Shown here: in pieces, positions 17,551 to 27,401 of the stretch
Position numbering within the stretch: position 1 is the stretch's first letter
How the letters are laid out: each line of letters begins with the position of its first letter
Origin: a virus
Length of the DNA stretch: 64,000 nucleotides
Strand: one strand, 5' to 3'
Virus record (IMG/VR): IMGVR_UViG_3300009093_000005
Notes under the pieces: generated by a model
Database searches by the model: none
What the model saw: the letters and a program-made list of their open reading frames with translations, nothing else
Told to the model about the DNA's origin: nothing
Translations under genes and position numbers: made by a program

Positions 17551-18099
17551 ATGGCGCAGACGATCCTCTCCAGTCTGCTATCGCCGTCCTCTCTGTCGAT
17601 AGTCAGTTCCAACTCTGATTTAAGCTTGGACATAGCGTCCAGCTTGAAAGTCGCTCGCGTTGGCATTCGCTTGTGCAGCTATGTAATGCGCCACATGAGG
17701 GAGGACGGGAACACGATCGTGGATGCGCGCATCATTCAGCCGACAAAGATAGAGATTGACGTTTTTTGCCAGTCCATCGATGATTTGGCGATGGTCAATT
17801 CAGTCATGCTGGACAGAAACAGCACATACACCATTAAGTCGAGAGGCCTTATTTTCGACAATATGATGATGGACCGGGAGGAGATCAGACAGTCTCCAGA
17901 AGTCATTTCTGCAAGCCCTGTGAGAATGTCTTTCAAACAGCTGCTTGTGCCGGGGATTGCGATCGGCCCGAACGTCGCCCAGGCGGCTGACTCCTCCCTT
18001 GTCGATCACGGCCTTCAGGACATTAAAGCGATAGTGTCTGGTGCCGTCACGAACGCGCAGCAACTCGCCCAACAGATCATCTCCAAGACGGGTTTGTAA
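17551..18099 (+). CDS. Virion structural protein (baseplate-proximal)
   Basis: IIQPTKIEI motif shared with next gene; tail module position. Confidence 0.7.
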   Translation: MAQTILSSLLSPSSLSIVSSNSDLSLDIASSLKVARVGIRLCSYVMRHMREDGNTIVDARIIQPTKIEIDVFCQSIDDLAMVNSVMLDRNSTYTIKSRGLIFDNMMMDREEIRQSPEVISASPVRMSFKQLLVPGIAIGPNVAQAADSSLVDHGLQDIKAIVSGAVTNAQQLAQQIISKTGL

Positions 18100-18737
18100 T
18101 GGCCAACACCATCCTGTCCACGATTTTTGGAAAGCCTTCTTTCACGGCGACGAATGAGAATACCGGCTCTGTAGTCTGGTCATCGCTAGCAATTGTCGAC
18201 GTTGAGGTTGATAGCTATAGCGCAAATACAGACGCTCCATTTTTTGTGGATGATTCTACAGACGATGGCACGTTCCAAAGCGTTTTTAGTGACAACATTC
18301 AAACGCTCAAAATAATCCAGCCATCCAGGCTTCGCGTTACGGCGCTTTGTTCTGACTTGTCGACGATCGAGAATGTGATTGCCACGTTCATGGACGACAC
18401 CGTTACAATTTCGATCAATACTAAGTCAATAATCACATCGTTTTTGGTCCTCAGCGATGTCGAAATAGAACAGACTGGAGAGATGATATCCGCATCGAAA
18501 GTTGTAATGACTTTCGAGCAGGCCCAACCTCCTGAGAACTCTGGATATGCGCCGGAACAAGCCGCTGATGACAAAGTGTATGGATTCAGCCTTCAGAGTC
18601 CTCCGTCCGTTGTTCCTTTGGCGACGCTGACCAAGGCAGTGAGCAGCGCGACATTCATAGCGACACAATTCGTCAGCGGCGCACTCATCGATCTAGCCGG
18701 TGGCCCATTCATTCTTGATTCGAGCGCCTTAGCATGA
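18099..18737 (+). CDS. Virion structural protein, paralogue of 17551-18099
   Basis: IIQPSRLRV..LCSDL vs IIQPTKIEI..FCQSIDDL. Confidence 0.7.
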   Translation: MANTILSTIFGKPSFTATNENTGSVVWSSLAIVDVEVDSYSANTDAPFFVDDSTDDGTFQSVFSDNIQTLKIIQPSRLRVTALCSDLSTIENVIATFMDDTVTISINTKSIITSFLVLSDVEIEQTGEMISASKVVMTFEQAQPPENSGYAPEQAADDKVYGFSLQSPPSVVPLATLTKAVSSATFIATQFVSGALIDLAGGPFILDSSALA

Positions 18738-21700
18738 CCACTGCAAATTATCAACCTGGCCAGATTCTTACCGCAGCGTCGCTGAATGCGCTTTTCAATT
18801 CTAAAGTCGACTCGGCGAGCGCAAACATCACTGGCGGGCAAATTGCCGGCGTCACCTTTGTCCAAGTGACCGGGTTGCAAGATTCCACGTCGCCGACGAC
18901 TGGCGCACTGACGGTCGCAGGCGGCGCTGGGATCGGATTGAATCTGCAGGTTGGAGCGAATGCAACGATTGGCGGAGCGCTCTTTGTCAGCAGCGCTGCC
19001 GCGTCGACTAGCACGACCACTGGAGCAGTCGTCGTCACTGGCGGCGCGGGCATTGGGGGAAACGCCAACGTCGGCGGATCGGTCAACGTCGGCGGATCAG
19101 TCTCGGCGCAAGCAATCGAAGCGCAAGCGGCGACCGATTCGACCAACACAACGACTGGCGCACTTATCGTCATTGGAGGAGTAGGCATCGGCAAGTCTGT
19201 GAATGTCGGCGGAAACGCTGCCGTCACAGGAAACTTGTCTGCTGCCGGAACTGTAGGCTTTACTAATGTCACAGACTCCACCAGCACAACGACTGGCGCT
19301 GTCGTTATCTCTGGCGGCGCCGGAGTCGCGAAGAATCTCCAAGTTGGGCAAATGGTCACAGCAGGAACGGCCGTCAGCGCGCCGGCCGTCAGCGCGACGG
19401 GAACGACCAATTCGACTTCGACGACGACCGGAGTTGTGATCGTTTCTGGGGGCGTAGGCATCGCCAAGGATGTGTTCATTGGCGGCAAAATCAACGTGGC
19501 TGGCACGAGTACGCTACAAGCCGCAACGAGCATAACGGACACAACGGCCAGCACCAGCAAGACAACCGGCGCACTCGTCGTAAGCGGTGGAGTAGGCGTA
19601 GGCGGAAACGCGAACATCGGCGGATCGGCGACGGTCGCCAGCACGACGGCCTCCACGAGCACAACCACCGGGGCTTTGGTCGTCACAGGCGGCGTCGGAA
19701 TTGGTGGAAATGCCAACGTAGGTGGGTCGGCATCGGTGGCGAGCGCTACCGCGTCGACCAGCACCACGACTGGCGCGCTGGTGGTTACGGGTGGCGTAGG
19801 TGTAGGCGGAAATTCCAATTTCGGCGGAACGCTCGGCGTGACCGGCGCCGTGACGGTCTCTAGCGCGGCAGCTTCATCGTCGTCCACTACAGGCGCCCTG
19901 GTTGTGACTGGTGGCGTCGGCGTCGGCGGAAATGCCAACATCGCTGGCTCCGCATCAGTGTCCAGTGCAACGGCGTCGACTAGCACCACGACTGGCGCTT
20001 TGGTGGTTACAGGCGGCGTAGGCGTAGGTGGCGCATTGAATGTCGGAGCCGGGGTTGCAGCGACCACAGGCGCGCTGTCGTCCACGACCGATTCGTCATC
20101 CACGACGACTGGCGCCCTAACGGTTGCCGGTGGCGTCGGCATAAGCAAGTCGCTTAATGTTGGATCGAACGCTGCAGTTAGTGGGACATTGGCCGTAACC
20201 GGGGCGACAACGCTGACGGGCGGCATCGCAAATAACCTGTCAATCGCAGGGTTGATCTCGGCGATCTGGAATCCAAACCTGCTGTACAATAGCTCTGGTG
20301 AGCTCGGTAATCAGGGGTGGGGCTCAAGCAACTTTGCGTCCGGAACTGATGCCACGAACGCTTATGGAACATGGTTCGAGAATACAGGCTCGCTCGCTGC
20401 TGCCGCGTCCGACACTTCGAACAACATAAGCGTTGGCGCCGCAGTAACGCTTTCGCTTTCTGCGTGGCTGTCCGCGTCTGGCGTTACGGCAGGGACTCTG
20501 TCGGTAACGGTCAACGCTTACAACGCCTCGAATACGCTTCTCGGCGCAGTCTGCTCGTTGACGGCCACCAACGGAACTGGATGGACGAAATCCACAACAT
20601 CCGGAACGACGCCGACTGGCACGACGTATGTCCAAGTAGTCAAAGCGATCACTGGAGGCACCGTAACGGTTTCGGCCGCTGGGGCCGGATTCCGCCGAAT
20701 CAAGCTGGAGCAAGGCGCCTTTGCCACGATGTACTCGCAAGAGGCCTCGTTGGCGGCCACGTCGGCGCTGTCCACGACGAATCCAACGATCGCGAGCGGT
20801 CCGATTACGTTCGCGGATGGAACGAAGCAGGGCACCAGCGCGGCAGGGAAAAACAAGCTCATCAACGGGTCGATGGCGATCGATCAACGCAATGGCGGCG
20901 CGACGCAAACGTTCACGGCCGGTGCCGCGTTGGCGTATTCGGTTGATCGTTGGTATGGGTATTGCACCGGCGCGAACGTGACTGGCAAGCAAGTTGCCGG
21001 CTCCAGCCGCTCTCGGTTCAGGTACCAGTTCACCGGCGCGGCGAGCGTCACTGGGATTGGTTTTGGGCAGCGCATCGAATCCGCGAACTGCTATGATTTT
21101 AATGGGCAGACTGTAACCCTTTCTGTCGATCTCGCGAATAGCCTTCTGACATCAGTCACATGGACAGCTTATTACGCAAACACCACCGACTCATTCGGAA
21201 CTCTCGCATCTCCGACTAGGACGCAGATTGCAACTGGAACATTCACCGTCAATTCGACGGTGACCAGATACAACACGCAAATTTCTGTTCCTTCGGCCGC
21301 CACGACAGGCATTGAAGTTGTGTTTTCTGTCGGTGCGCAAACGTCTGGAACATGGACCATTGGCGACGTTCAACTAGAATATGGATCGACTTCGACCACG
21401 TTTGAGCGTCTGCCTTGGACGGCAGAGTTTTTGAATTGCCAGAGATATCTTTTCAAAATTGGATCAGGCAGCGGTGCAGGAGCAGAGCCGGTTGGCGCTG
21501 GAATCATTCAAAATTCGACACAAATCTTGGCCGTTGTTGATCTTCCGACGAAGATGCGCACCAAGACGCAGTCATTGCTCACCCTTAATATGAATGGAAC
21601 GAGCGCGACATTGGCTGTGGCCGGATCATCACAAGCAATAACTTGGCCTGGGGATACAAAAATTGCATACCAGCTGACTTGCATCGGGGCCACTTGGACA

Positions 21701-21763
21701 GCCGGGCAGGCCGGCATCGTCTATTCTAACAATGGCTGGTTCCAATTGGATGCAGAACTATGA
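18734..21763 (+). CDS. Long repeat-containing fibre/receptor-binding protein (1009 aa)
   Basis: 11 copies of STxTTTGA[LV]xVxGG[VA]G[IV] repeat, then NLLYNSSGE...W domain and C-terminal NKLINGSMAIDQR...YSVDRW fibre-tip module; followed by chaperone. Confidence 0.8.
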   Translation: MTTANYQPGQILTAASLNALFNSKVDSASANITGGQIAGVTFVQVTGLQDSTSPTTGALTVAGGAGIGLNLQVGANATIGGALFVSSAAASTSTTTGAVVVTGGAGIGGNANVGGSVNVGGSVSAQAIEAQAATDSTNTTTGALIVIGGVGIGKSVNVGGNAAVTGNLSAAGTVGFTNVTDSTSTTTGAVVISGGAGVAKNLQVGQMVTAGTAVSAPAVSATGTTNSTSTTTGVVIVSGGVGIAKDVFIGGKINVAGTSTLQAATSITDTTASTSKTTGALVVSGGVGVGGNANIGGSATVASTTASTSTTTGALVVTGGVGIGGNANVGGSASVASATASTSTTTGALVVTGGVGVGGNSNFGGTLGVTGAVTVSSAAASSSSTTGALVVTGGVGVGGNANIAGSASVSSATASTSTTTGALVVTGGVGVGGALNVGAGVAATTGALSSTTDSSSTTTGALTVAGGVGISKSLNVGSNAAVSGTLAVTGATTLTGGIANNLSIAGLISAIWNPNLLYNSSGELGNQGWGSSNFASGTDATNAYGTWFENTGSLAAAASDTSNNISVGAAVTLSLSAWLSASGVTAGTLSVTVNAYNASNTLLGAVCSLTATNGTGWTKSTTSGTTPTGTTYVQVVKAITGGTVTVSAAGAGFRRIKLEQGAFATMYSQEASLAATSALSTTNPTIASGPITFADGTKQGTSAAGKNKLINGSMAIDQRNGGATQTFTAGAALAYSVDRWYGYCTGANVTGKQVAGSSRSRFRYQFTGAASVTGIGFGQRIESANCYDFNGQTVTLSVDLANSLLTSVTWTAYYANTTDSFGTLASPTRTQIATGTFTVNSTVTRYNTQISVPSAATTGIEVVFSVGAQTSGTWTIGDVQLEYGSTSTTFERLPWTAEFLNCQRYLFKIGSGSGAGAEPVGAGIIQNSTQILAVVDLPTKMRTKTQSLLTLNMNGTSATLAVAGSSQAITWPGDTKIAYQLTCIGATWTAGQAGIVYSNNGWFQLDAEL
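18880..20150 (+). repeat. Coding tandem repeat, 11 units of about 30-45 aa
   Basis: Repeats counted in the translation from DSTSPTTGALTVAGGAGIG to DSSSTTTGALTVAGGVGIS; boundaries approximate. Confidence 0.85.
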
Positions 21764-22272
21764 GCTATGCAATTAATCAAGACGGCACTATAACGCGATC
21801 GGATGGCTGCATAATTCATCCGGACAAATCGAACATTGACTACCTGAATTATCTCGATTGGGTCGCTGCTGGGAATACAGCAACTCCATATGAGCCATCA
21901 CTTGCCGAAGCGCAATCAAAGCAAATCGAGATCAACAGCGCGGCTTGCAGCGACGCGATAACGTCCGGGTTCCAATCGTCGGCACTCGGCAGCGCGCACA
22001 CGTATCCGTCCAAAGTAACGGACCAACAGAACCTGACAGCGTCTGTTGTCGCATCGCTCGTGCCAGGGAACCCGTCGAATTGGAGCACGCCATTTTGGTG
22101 CCAGGACGAGAATGGGGCTTGGAGTTATGTGAACCATTCAGAAGCGCAGATACAGCAGGTCGGACAAGATGGAAAAGCCGCGATCCTCGCCGCGCTGAGC
22201 AAAAATGCTACGCTGCAAGCTCAAGTGATGGCGGCGACTTCCGTTTCTGCCGTTCAAGCCATCACTTGGTGA
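21760..22272 (+). CDS. Tail fibre assembly chaperone (DUF4376-type)
   Basis: P...NIDY..YL.WVAAGN, I..GF.SSALGS.H.YPS..TDQ.NL, AQIQQVG, V.AITW. Confidence 0.8.
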   Translation: MSYAINQDGTITRSDGCIIHPDKSNIDYLNYLDWVAAGNTATPYEPSLAEAQSKQIEINSAACSDAITSGFQSSALGSAHTYPSKVTDQQNLTASVVASLVPGNPSNWSTPFWCQDENGAWSYVNHSEAQIQQVGQDGKAAILAALSKNATLQAQVMAATSVSAVQAITW

Positions 22273-22279
22273 GGATATA

Positions 22280-22585
22280 ATGAACAGGACCAAGCTTATC
22301 ATCTTGTGGGCGGCTTGCACCGCTGTGATGCCAATCCTATCGGTAGCAATGTTCTGCCATGCGACATTTGGGTCGGAAGAGCGCGCGAAGTCCATGGCGG
22401 TTGCACAAGATGAGTGCGGCAATGCCCTGTTCGGTGGACCGCCACAGCAAACCATCAGCACAAGAGTCGGAAACGGACTCATCGATGGGAAGTGCTGGGC
22501 CAAGGTTGTCGCGCCGTTCATCGACTTCTTTTTCGGAGAAGGCCATTGCCTCTCCAACGCCACAATAACCGATACGAATCAATGA
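22280..22585 (+). CDS. Small Cys/His membrane-anchored protein of fibre loci
   Basis: N-terminal hydrophobic segment; QTISTRVG...CW....ID......HC pattern seen next to fibre genes. Confidence 0.65.
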   Translation: MNRTKLIILWAACTAVMPILSVAMFCHATFGSEERAKSMAVAQDECGNALFGGPPQQTISTRVGNGLIDGKCWAKVVAPFIDFFFGEGHCLSNATITDTNQ

Positions 22586-23001
22586 ATATCGAAATCACCA
22601 CGCCGAATGGCGAAGTTAAAACGATCGTCATCAATCAATTCCCTGCTTTGGACGGCTGGGACATTCAACAGCGGTTCGTCGAATTCGCCGCGAGCCATGA
22701 CAAGGAACTCCGCAAAGCTTTCACGCTGGAAGTCCTTGCCTATGCATCGGTGCAATTGGCGGCAGATCGATTCATGTCGCTGACTACTGCCGCGATCATC
22801 GACAACCACCTGTGCGACTGGAAGAATGTCCAGAAGGTCTTTGAGGAAACTCTGAAGCAAAATGGCATTGATCCAGCGACGCATGCGGATCAACCGATGT
22901 ATTGGGCGAAAGCCGGTGCCGAAATGGCCACATCATTCATCGCTGAGTGCTCCAACTTGCTCGGTCCTGCTCTCAAAATGATGGAAAGCAAAGCGGAATA
23001 A
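22582..23001 (+). CDS. Tail assembly chaperone
   Basis: I.QFPALDG motif; immediately upstream of tape measure; ATGA-coupled start. Confidence 0.7.
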   Translation: MNIEITTPNGEVKTIVINQFPALDGWDIQQRFVEFAASHDKELRKAFTLEVLAYASVQLAADRFMSLTTAAIIDNHLCDWKNVQKVFEETLKQNGIDPATHADQPMYWAKAGAEMATSFIAECSNLLGPALKMMESKAE

Positions 23002-23003
23002 TC

Positions 23004-25175
23004 ATGTCGGATGATCTGGACAAATTCGTTCTGCAGTATCAGGTTGACCTGAAAGATTCTGTCGCCAGGTTGGAAAAGCTACATGAGAAGATGGGGCGGG
23101 CGGGGAAGGCTGCGGACAAGTCCAAAGGTCAGGTTAAACAGTTCGCGGCCGACGCCTCCGGGGAGCTTGGAAAGCTCGTGCCCGGACTAAACGCTGTGTC
23201 CAGCGCGGTCAAAGCCATGGGCGCGGAGTTCGCTATAGCCGGCGCTGCGATAGGCGCCTTGGCGGTCGGAGTTAAGGCCGTCATCGACATGCGGAACCAG
23301 TACAACGCCCAGCGACTCCAGGGCATGGGCCTCGGCGTCTCATCACTTCGCATGGAGGACTATCAGCGCAAGTTCGTCCGAGAGTCTGGCGGATATGTAA
23401 CCAGGGACGCGACCGCAGAGGGCCTAAAGACATTCGGCGATATGGCCAACTCCGCCTATGCCGATCCATCTCGACTGGGGCGCGAGGCGCGAATCATGCG
23501 CATGCTGGGCGTCAATGTTGGCGAGCGCGGACAAACGCCAACTGGCCTGAACGACGAGTTACAGCAACTCGCAAAATATCTGCAAGGCAAAACGAAAGGC
23601 GAAGTGCAAGGCATCGCCAAGTCCACCGGAATGAACCAAGACTGGCTCTTGACGCTGCAAAAGCTCGGACCGACTATTGGCCACATAACCGAGTTGACGA
23701 ATGACGAGATTCAAAAGCGAACGAACGCAGAGCAGGCTCTGACTAAGTTCAATGACCAACTCGCGCAGCTGAAGGAAAAGTTCACTGAAGTGGCCAATGA
23801 ACTGGCCGAGCCGTTGTTGCCGGCTTTGACGAATCTGGTCGGGTTGATGAAGGAACTCGCTGACGCGATCCCGAAGACGGCCAATAAAACTGGCGGCCAT
23901 GCCGTTGGCGCAGCGGAAGCATTGACCGGAGTCGACCTAAAGACCGGTAAGTGGAACAAAGGATTATTCAGCATACTCAGCGGCGATGCATTTAAGCCAT
24001 CCGATAAGCCATGGTATCGGCAGGGCTTGCTGGGCATGATCACCGATCTCGCACTGCCGCCAGAAGTCGTTGAAAAGCACGCGCCGCCTAAGAAAGACTC
24101 AGCAGAAAAGGCAAAGAAGGAACAGGACGCACGCGATGCTGCTGTGAAGAAGATGGACGACATCAACAAGGAAGGAATTCAAACCGCAAACCAGATGTCG
24201 CTCGCGGTGAACATGTTCAGTGGCGCCGTCCAGTCTTTCTCCAGCGCAATCAATCTCCAGCAAGCGTGGGCAGCTTGGGCCGGCGAAATCGGCAAGGCCA
24301 ATGGCCTTCCTGGCTCCAGCACGAACAGTAAAGGGGGAATTAGTGGCGGAGGATCGGGCAATTGGCGCGGCAATCAATACGCCGACTTGATCAAGAAAGC
24401 CGCTGATAAAACCGGCGTCGATCCGCAAATGCTCCACTCGATCATGATGGTCGAATCGAAAGGCGTCAATGGCTTGTACAGCCCGACTGGGGCAGGCGGG
24501 CTGATGCAGGTCACAAGGGGCAATTGGAAGAAGCTCGGAAACGGCGCAGACGTAATGAGTCCAGAGGCCAATATCATGGTCGGCGCCCAGATATATGCCG
24601 ACTTCCTGAAGCGGAACAAGGGCGACACAGTTGCCGCGCTCAAAGGGTACAACGGGAACTCCGATCCGGATTATGTCAGCAAGGTGGCCAAGTACTATGG
24701 CGGATCAGCGAATGGATTGGGCGAATCCAAAGCCAAGATGAACATCAGGTCTGTGCAACAGCAAATCGCCGACTATCTGCACGTTCCGTTGGATCAGATT
24801 CAGCGCGGCGGAGTAAATCAAGGCGATGCGCAATGGGCCGTTCGGCAGCTGGAAGCCGGTATGGCCAACAACCTGTACAGCCTTCAGCAAAAAGCATCCG
24901 TTGCAGGCCTCCCGGCTCAGGATTATGCGAAGCTGAAGATGGAAATGCGCGATCAGTCGCGCGGATACGACTTGATGAGGCAATATGCCGATAGCGTCGC
25001 CGATTCGCAACAAAAAGGCGGTCGTGAGCGGACGATCAATGAGCAACCGATTATCATGAATGTCAACATAAATGGCGTGACTGACCCGAAAGCGGTAGCG
25101 GATGAAGTGAATCGGCAAATCAAGAAAGGCATGAATGAGGCGCTGATGTATTATGCGACTGGGGAGAAAGGCTGA
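23004..25175 (+). CDS. Tape measure protein with lytic transglycosylase (SLT) domain
   Basis: Helical N-terminus; YADLIKKAADKTGVD...VES...GAGGLMQV...ALKGYNG SLT motifs; start reassigned to ATG 23004. Confidence 0.85.
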   Translation: MSDDLDKFVLQYQVDLKDSVARLEKLHEKMGRAGKAADKSKGQVKQFAADASGELGKLVPGLNAVSSAVKAMGAEFAIAGAAIGALAVGVKAVIDMRNQYNAQRLQGMGLGVSSLRMEDYQRKFVRESGGYVTRDATAEGLKTFGDMANSAYADPSRLGREARIMRMLGVNVGERGQTPTGLNDELQQLAKYLQGKTKGEVQGIAKSTGMNQDWLLTLQKLGPTIGHITELTNDEIQKRTNAEQALTKFNDQLAQLKEKFTEVANELAEPLLPALTNLVGLMKELADAIPKTANKTGGHAVGAAEALTGVDLKTGKWNKGLFSILSGDAFKPSDKPWYRQGLLGMITDLALPPEVVEKHAPPKKDSAEKAKKEQDARDAAVKKMDDINKEGIQTANQMSLAVNMFSGAVQSFSSAINLQQAWAAWAGEIGKANGLPGSSTNSKGGISGGGSGNWRGNQYADLIKKAADKTGVDPQMLHSIMMVESKGVNGLYSPTGAGGLMQVTRGNWKKLGNGADVMSPEANIMVGAQIYADFLKRNKGDTVAALKGYNGNSDPDYVSKVAKYYGGSANGLGESKAKMNIRSVQQQIADYLHVPLDQIQRGGVNQGDAQWAVRQLEAGMANNLYSLQQKASVAGLPAQDYAKLKMEMRDQSRGYDLMRQYADSVADSQQKGGRERTINEQPIIMNVNINGVTDPKAVADEVNRQIKKGMNEALMYYATGEKG

Positions 25176-26053
25176 TGCCGCTCGGTGAACGCGTACTCCA
25201 AGTCGATATCGATCTGCCGAGTGGGCTGGTATCGCTCAATCAGAATCTAGAGCTTCACGTGGTGATCCACAAGGACGCTTTGGCCATCCAGAATACTTGC
25301 GACATTGAAGTGTTCAATTTGCCGCAGGCCCAACGCGAATCACTGCTAACCAGATTCACTGCATGGAACAAGAGAAACCTGGAGACGGGCCAGCCAGGCT
25401 ATGAGGCCAGCTATGTGAATGTCACAGTCACAGCAGGATACAACAATGGCGCGAAGAATCAAACAACCGTGATATTCACCGGACAGATCGTTCAGACGGA
25501 GCCGATCGGCGCCCCTCCAATGTTGGGGGTGGCCATTAAGTGCTATAGCCAGCAGCTGAATAAACTGGCTTGGGTCACTGGCTTCGCGCCTCCGACTGCG
25601 ACTTTTAAGCAATATGTCGAATGGGCCGGTGAACAAATGGGCGTGACCAGGATCGTCTGCGAAACCTCGTACAACGACCAGGTTATAAGCAGTCCATTCG
25701 CCAGGACGCACATTGTCGGCAACCTCATCGTTGACATCCAGGACGCTTACAAACCAAACGTCGCGGCATACATCGACAACAATGTTCTATATGTCAAGGA
25801 CATCAATGCTGTCATCAGCACCTCCCAACAAGTCACGGTGGACGAATTCATCGGAACTCCGATGTGGACCGAGTGGGGCGTTTGCTTCCAGGCGCTCTTC
25901 GATCCTCAGATTCAGTTGGCCGGCGCGGCGACGCTGAATAGCAAGATGAATCCATCGCTCAACAAGACGTTTGTGATCACATCGTTGGACTATGATCTCG
26001 CGAGCCGTGCGCACAACTTCTATGTGAAAGCAACGGCATCACCACCGGCTTAA
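25175..26053 (+). CDS. Baseplate hub protein
   Basis: NTCDIEVFNL, V.VTAGY, IFTGQI; follows tape measure. Confidence 0.75.
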   Translation: MPLGERVLQVDIDLPSGLVSLNQNLELHVVIHKDALAIQNTCDIEVFNLPQAQRESLLTRFTAWNKRNLETGQPGYEASYVNVTVTAGYNNGAKNQTTVIFTGQIVQTEPIGAPPMLGVAIKCYSQQLNKLAWVTGFAPPTATFKQYVEWAGEQMGVTRIVCETSYNDQVISSPFARTHIVGNLIVDIQDAYKPNVAAYIDNNVLYVKDINAVISTSQQVTVDEFIGTPMWTEWGVCFQALFDPQIQLAGAATLNSKMNPSLNKTFVITSLDYDLASRAHNFYVKATASPPA

Positions 26054-26054
26054 A

Positions 26055-26567
26055 ATGGCAACGAAAACTAAGAACTTCAGTTTGTTCGGAGTGAATTACC
26101 GGACAACTCAATTCACCGCAGTCGACGCGCTGGCGATAATGGATTCGCCTGCGACTCATCCGATTGAAAATCTTCGCCTGACGCAAGCTCTCGATGCCTC
26201 TGAAGGGTGGCTGTCGCTGGATTCGAAGCAAGCAATAAATCGGCTAGTCGTCGACGCTTCCATGATTGTTCCACCGCGAATTGTTTTGCAAAAACTTCTC
26301 TATGAAGTGAATAACTTTTCATTCGGATTCACAAACGGATGGAAAGGCGTGAAGATACCGGCTAGATTTAGGTCTGGCGTAGACTCGCCCAAGTCATCGT
26401 CTCATCTTGACCCGATGATCGCGCAGCTAATCCAGGATGGCGTGGCAAAGCTAAAAGAATTGGAAGAGTATTACAGCCTTGAGGACGCATTTGCTATGTT
26501 TGATATTATGGTTGCAAAAGGCGTCAATGAGGCGTTGGCCAATGAGGCGGCATCGAAAAAGCGCTGA
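26055..26567 (+). CDS. Tail-assembly-chaperone-like protein (G/GT-like)
   Basis: N-terminal Y.TTQF.A.D resembles 22582-23001; C-terminal A.LKELEEYYSLED resembles chaperone extensions. Confidence 0.55.
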   Translation: MATKTKNFSLFGVNYRTTQFTAVDALAIMDSPATHPIENLRLTQALDASEGWLSLDSKQAINRLVVDASMIVPPRIVLQKLLYEVNNFSFGFTNGWKGVKIPARFRSGVDSPKSSSHLDPMIAQLIQDGVAKLKELEEYYSLEDAFAMFDIMVAKGVNEALANEAASKKR

Positions 26568-26642
26568 TGTACAAATGAGGTGACGCTGCGTTGGCCACTT
26601 CGAACGTCCATAATAAGGTGCCCGAATTGCCATGCCACCTAA

Positions 26643-27401
26643 ATGTCCGATCTCGCCAACAAGCCACTTGTAAATGTCTCTCCGAACGAGACAATGCACT
26701 GGCCAAGCGCATTGGTCGCGGCAATGCGCCTTCACGGGATGAGCATCAACAAGCTCATTCCCGCAACAATTCTGGAGTTTGATCGGAACAAAAACCTAGC
26801 GTCCGTGCAGCCGCAGATAATGATCTTGGACGTTTCGGATAACACCAGGGCACGGCAACCGATTGCAAACGTTCCAGTGCTATCTCTCGGTGGTGGCGGG
26901 TTTCACATCAGCTTTCCGCTCAAAGCGGGCGATTTCGGATGGATTCTCGCGGCAGATCGCGACATATCTCAATTCACGCAAAATCTGAAGAGCGCGCCGC
27001 CGAATACGCTGCGGAATCACTCTTTTGCAGACTCGTGGTTTATTCCTGATGTATTTAGGAATTACACAGTCAATTCGAGTGATTCAAACGCGATGGTTAT
27101 CCAGAGCGTGGATGGAACGACAAGGATCAGCATTAGCGAAGGGCAAGTGAATATCTTTGCTCCATCGTCTGTCACCGTGACCACGCCACAAGCGACGTTC
27201 ACGCAAAATGTATCCATCGGCGGAACGCTGACCGTAGCAGGTCTGACGACAGTCAATGGCGGATTCACAGCGCTCGGCACAGGTGGAAACCAGCCGTGCA
27301 CCTTGCCGCAGTCGACGACCATCGGCGGCATCGCAGTCTATGGCCACGGCCATATAAGCTCCAACCCTGGCACTCGGACTTCTGGCGGGATGATCTCATA
27401 A
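26643..27401 (+). CDS. Baseplate central spike (Gp138 N-terminal type)
   Basis: P.TILEFD, VQP.I, NVPV..LGGGGF..SFPLK.GD.G...ADRDI, R.HSF.D; C-terminal HGH iron-binding tip. Confidence 0.85.
   Translation: MSDLANKPLVNVSPNETMHWPSALVAAMRLHGMSINKLIPATILEFDRNKNLASVQPQIMILDVSDNTRARQPIANVPVLSLGGGGFHISFPLKAGDFGWILAADRDISQFTQNLKSAPPNTLRNHSFADSWFIPDVFRNYTVNSSDSNAMVIQSVDGTTRISISEGQVNIFAPSSVTVTTPQATFTQNVSIGGTLTVAGLTTVNGGFTALGTGGNQPCTLPQSTTIGGIAVYGHGHISSNPGTRTSGGMIS

Noticed and set aside
18880-20150. Tandem repeats in the fibre considered as a DGR template/variable pair or shufflon
   Set aside because: No reverse transcriptase or recombinase; differences are mostly synonymous rather than adenine-specific; no inverted crossover sites seen
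18751-20289. 512-aa antisense ORF of PTPTPP repeats opposite the long fibre
   Set aside because: Mirror of the GGVGVG/TTT repeat codons on the coding strand; no RBS or domain
22582-23004. Programmed frameshift in the tail chaperone
   Set aside because: No slippery heptamer seen near the stop and the tape measure starts 2 nt later
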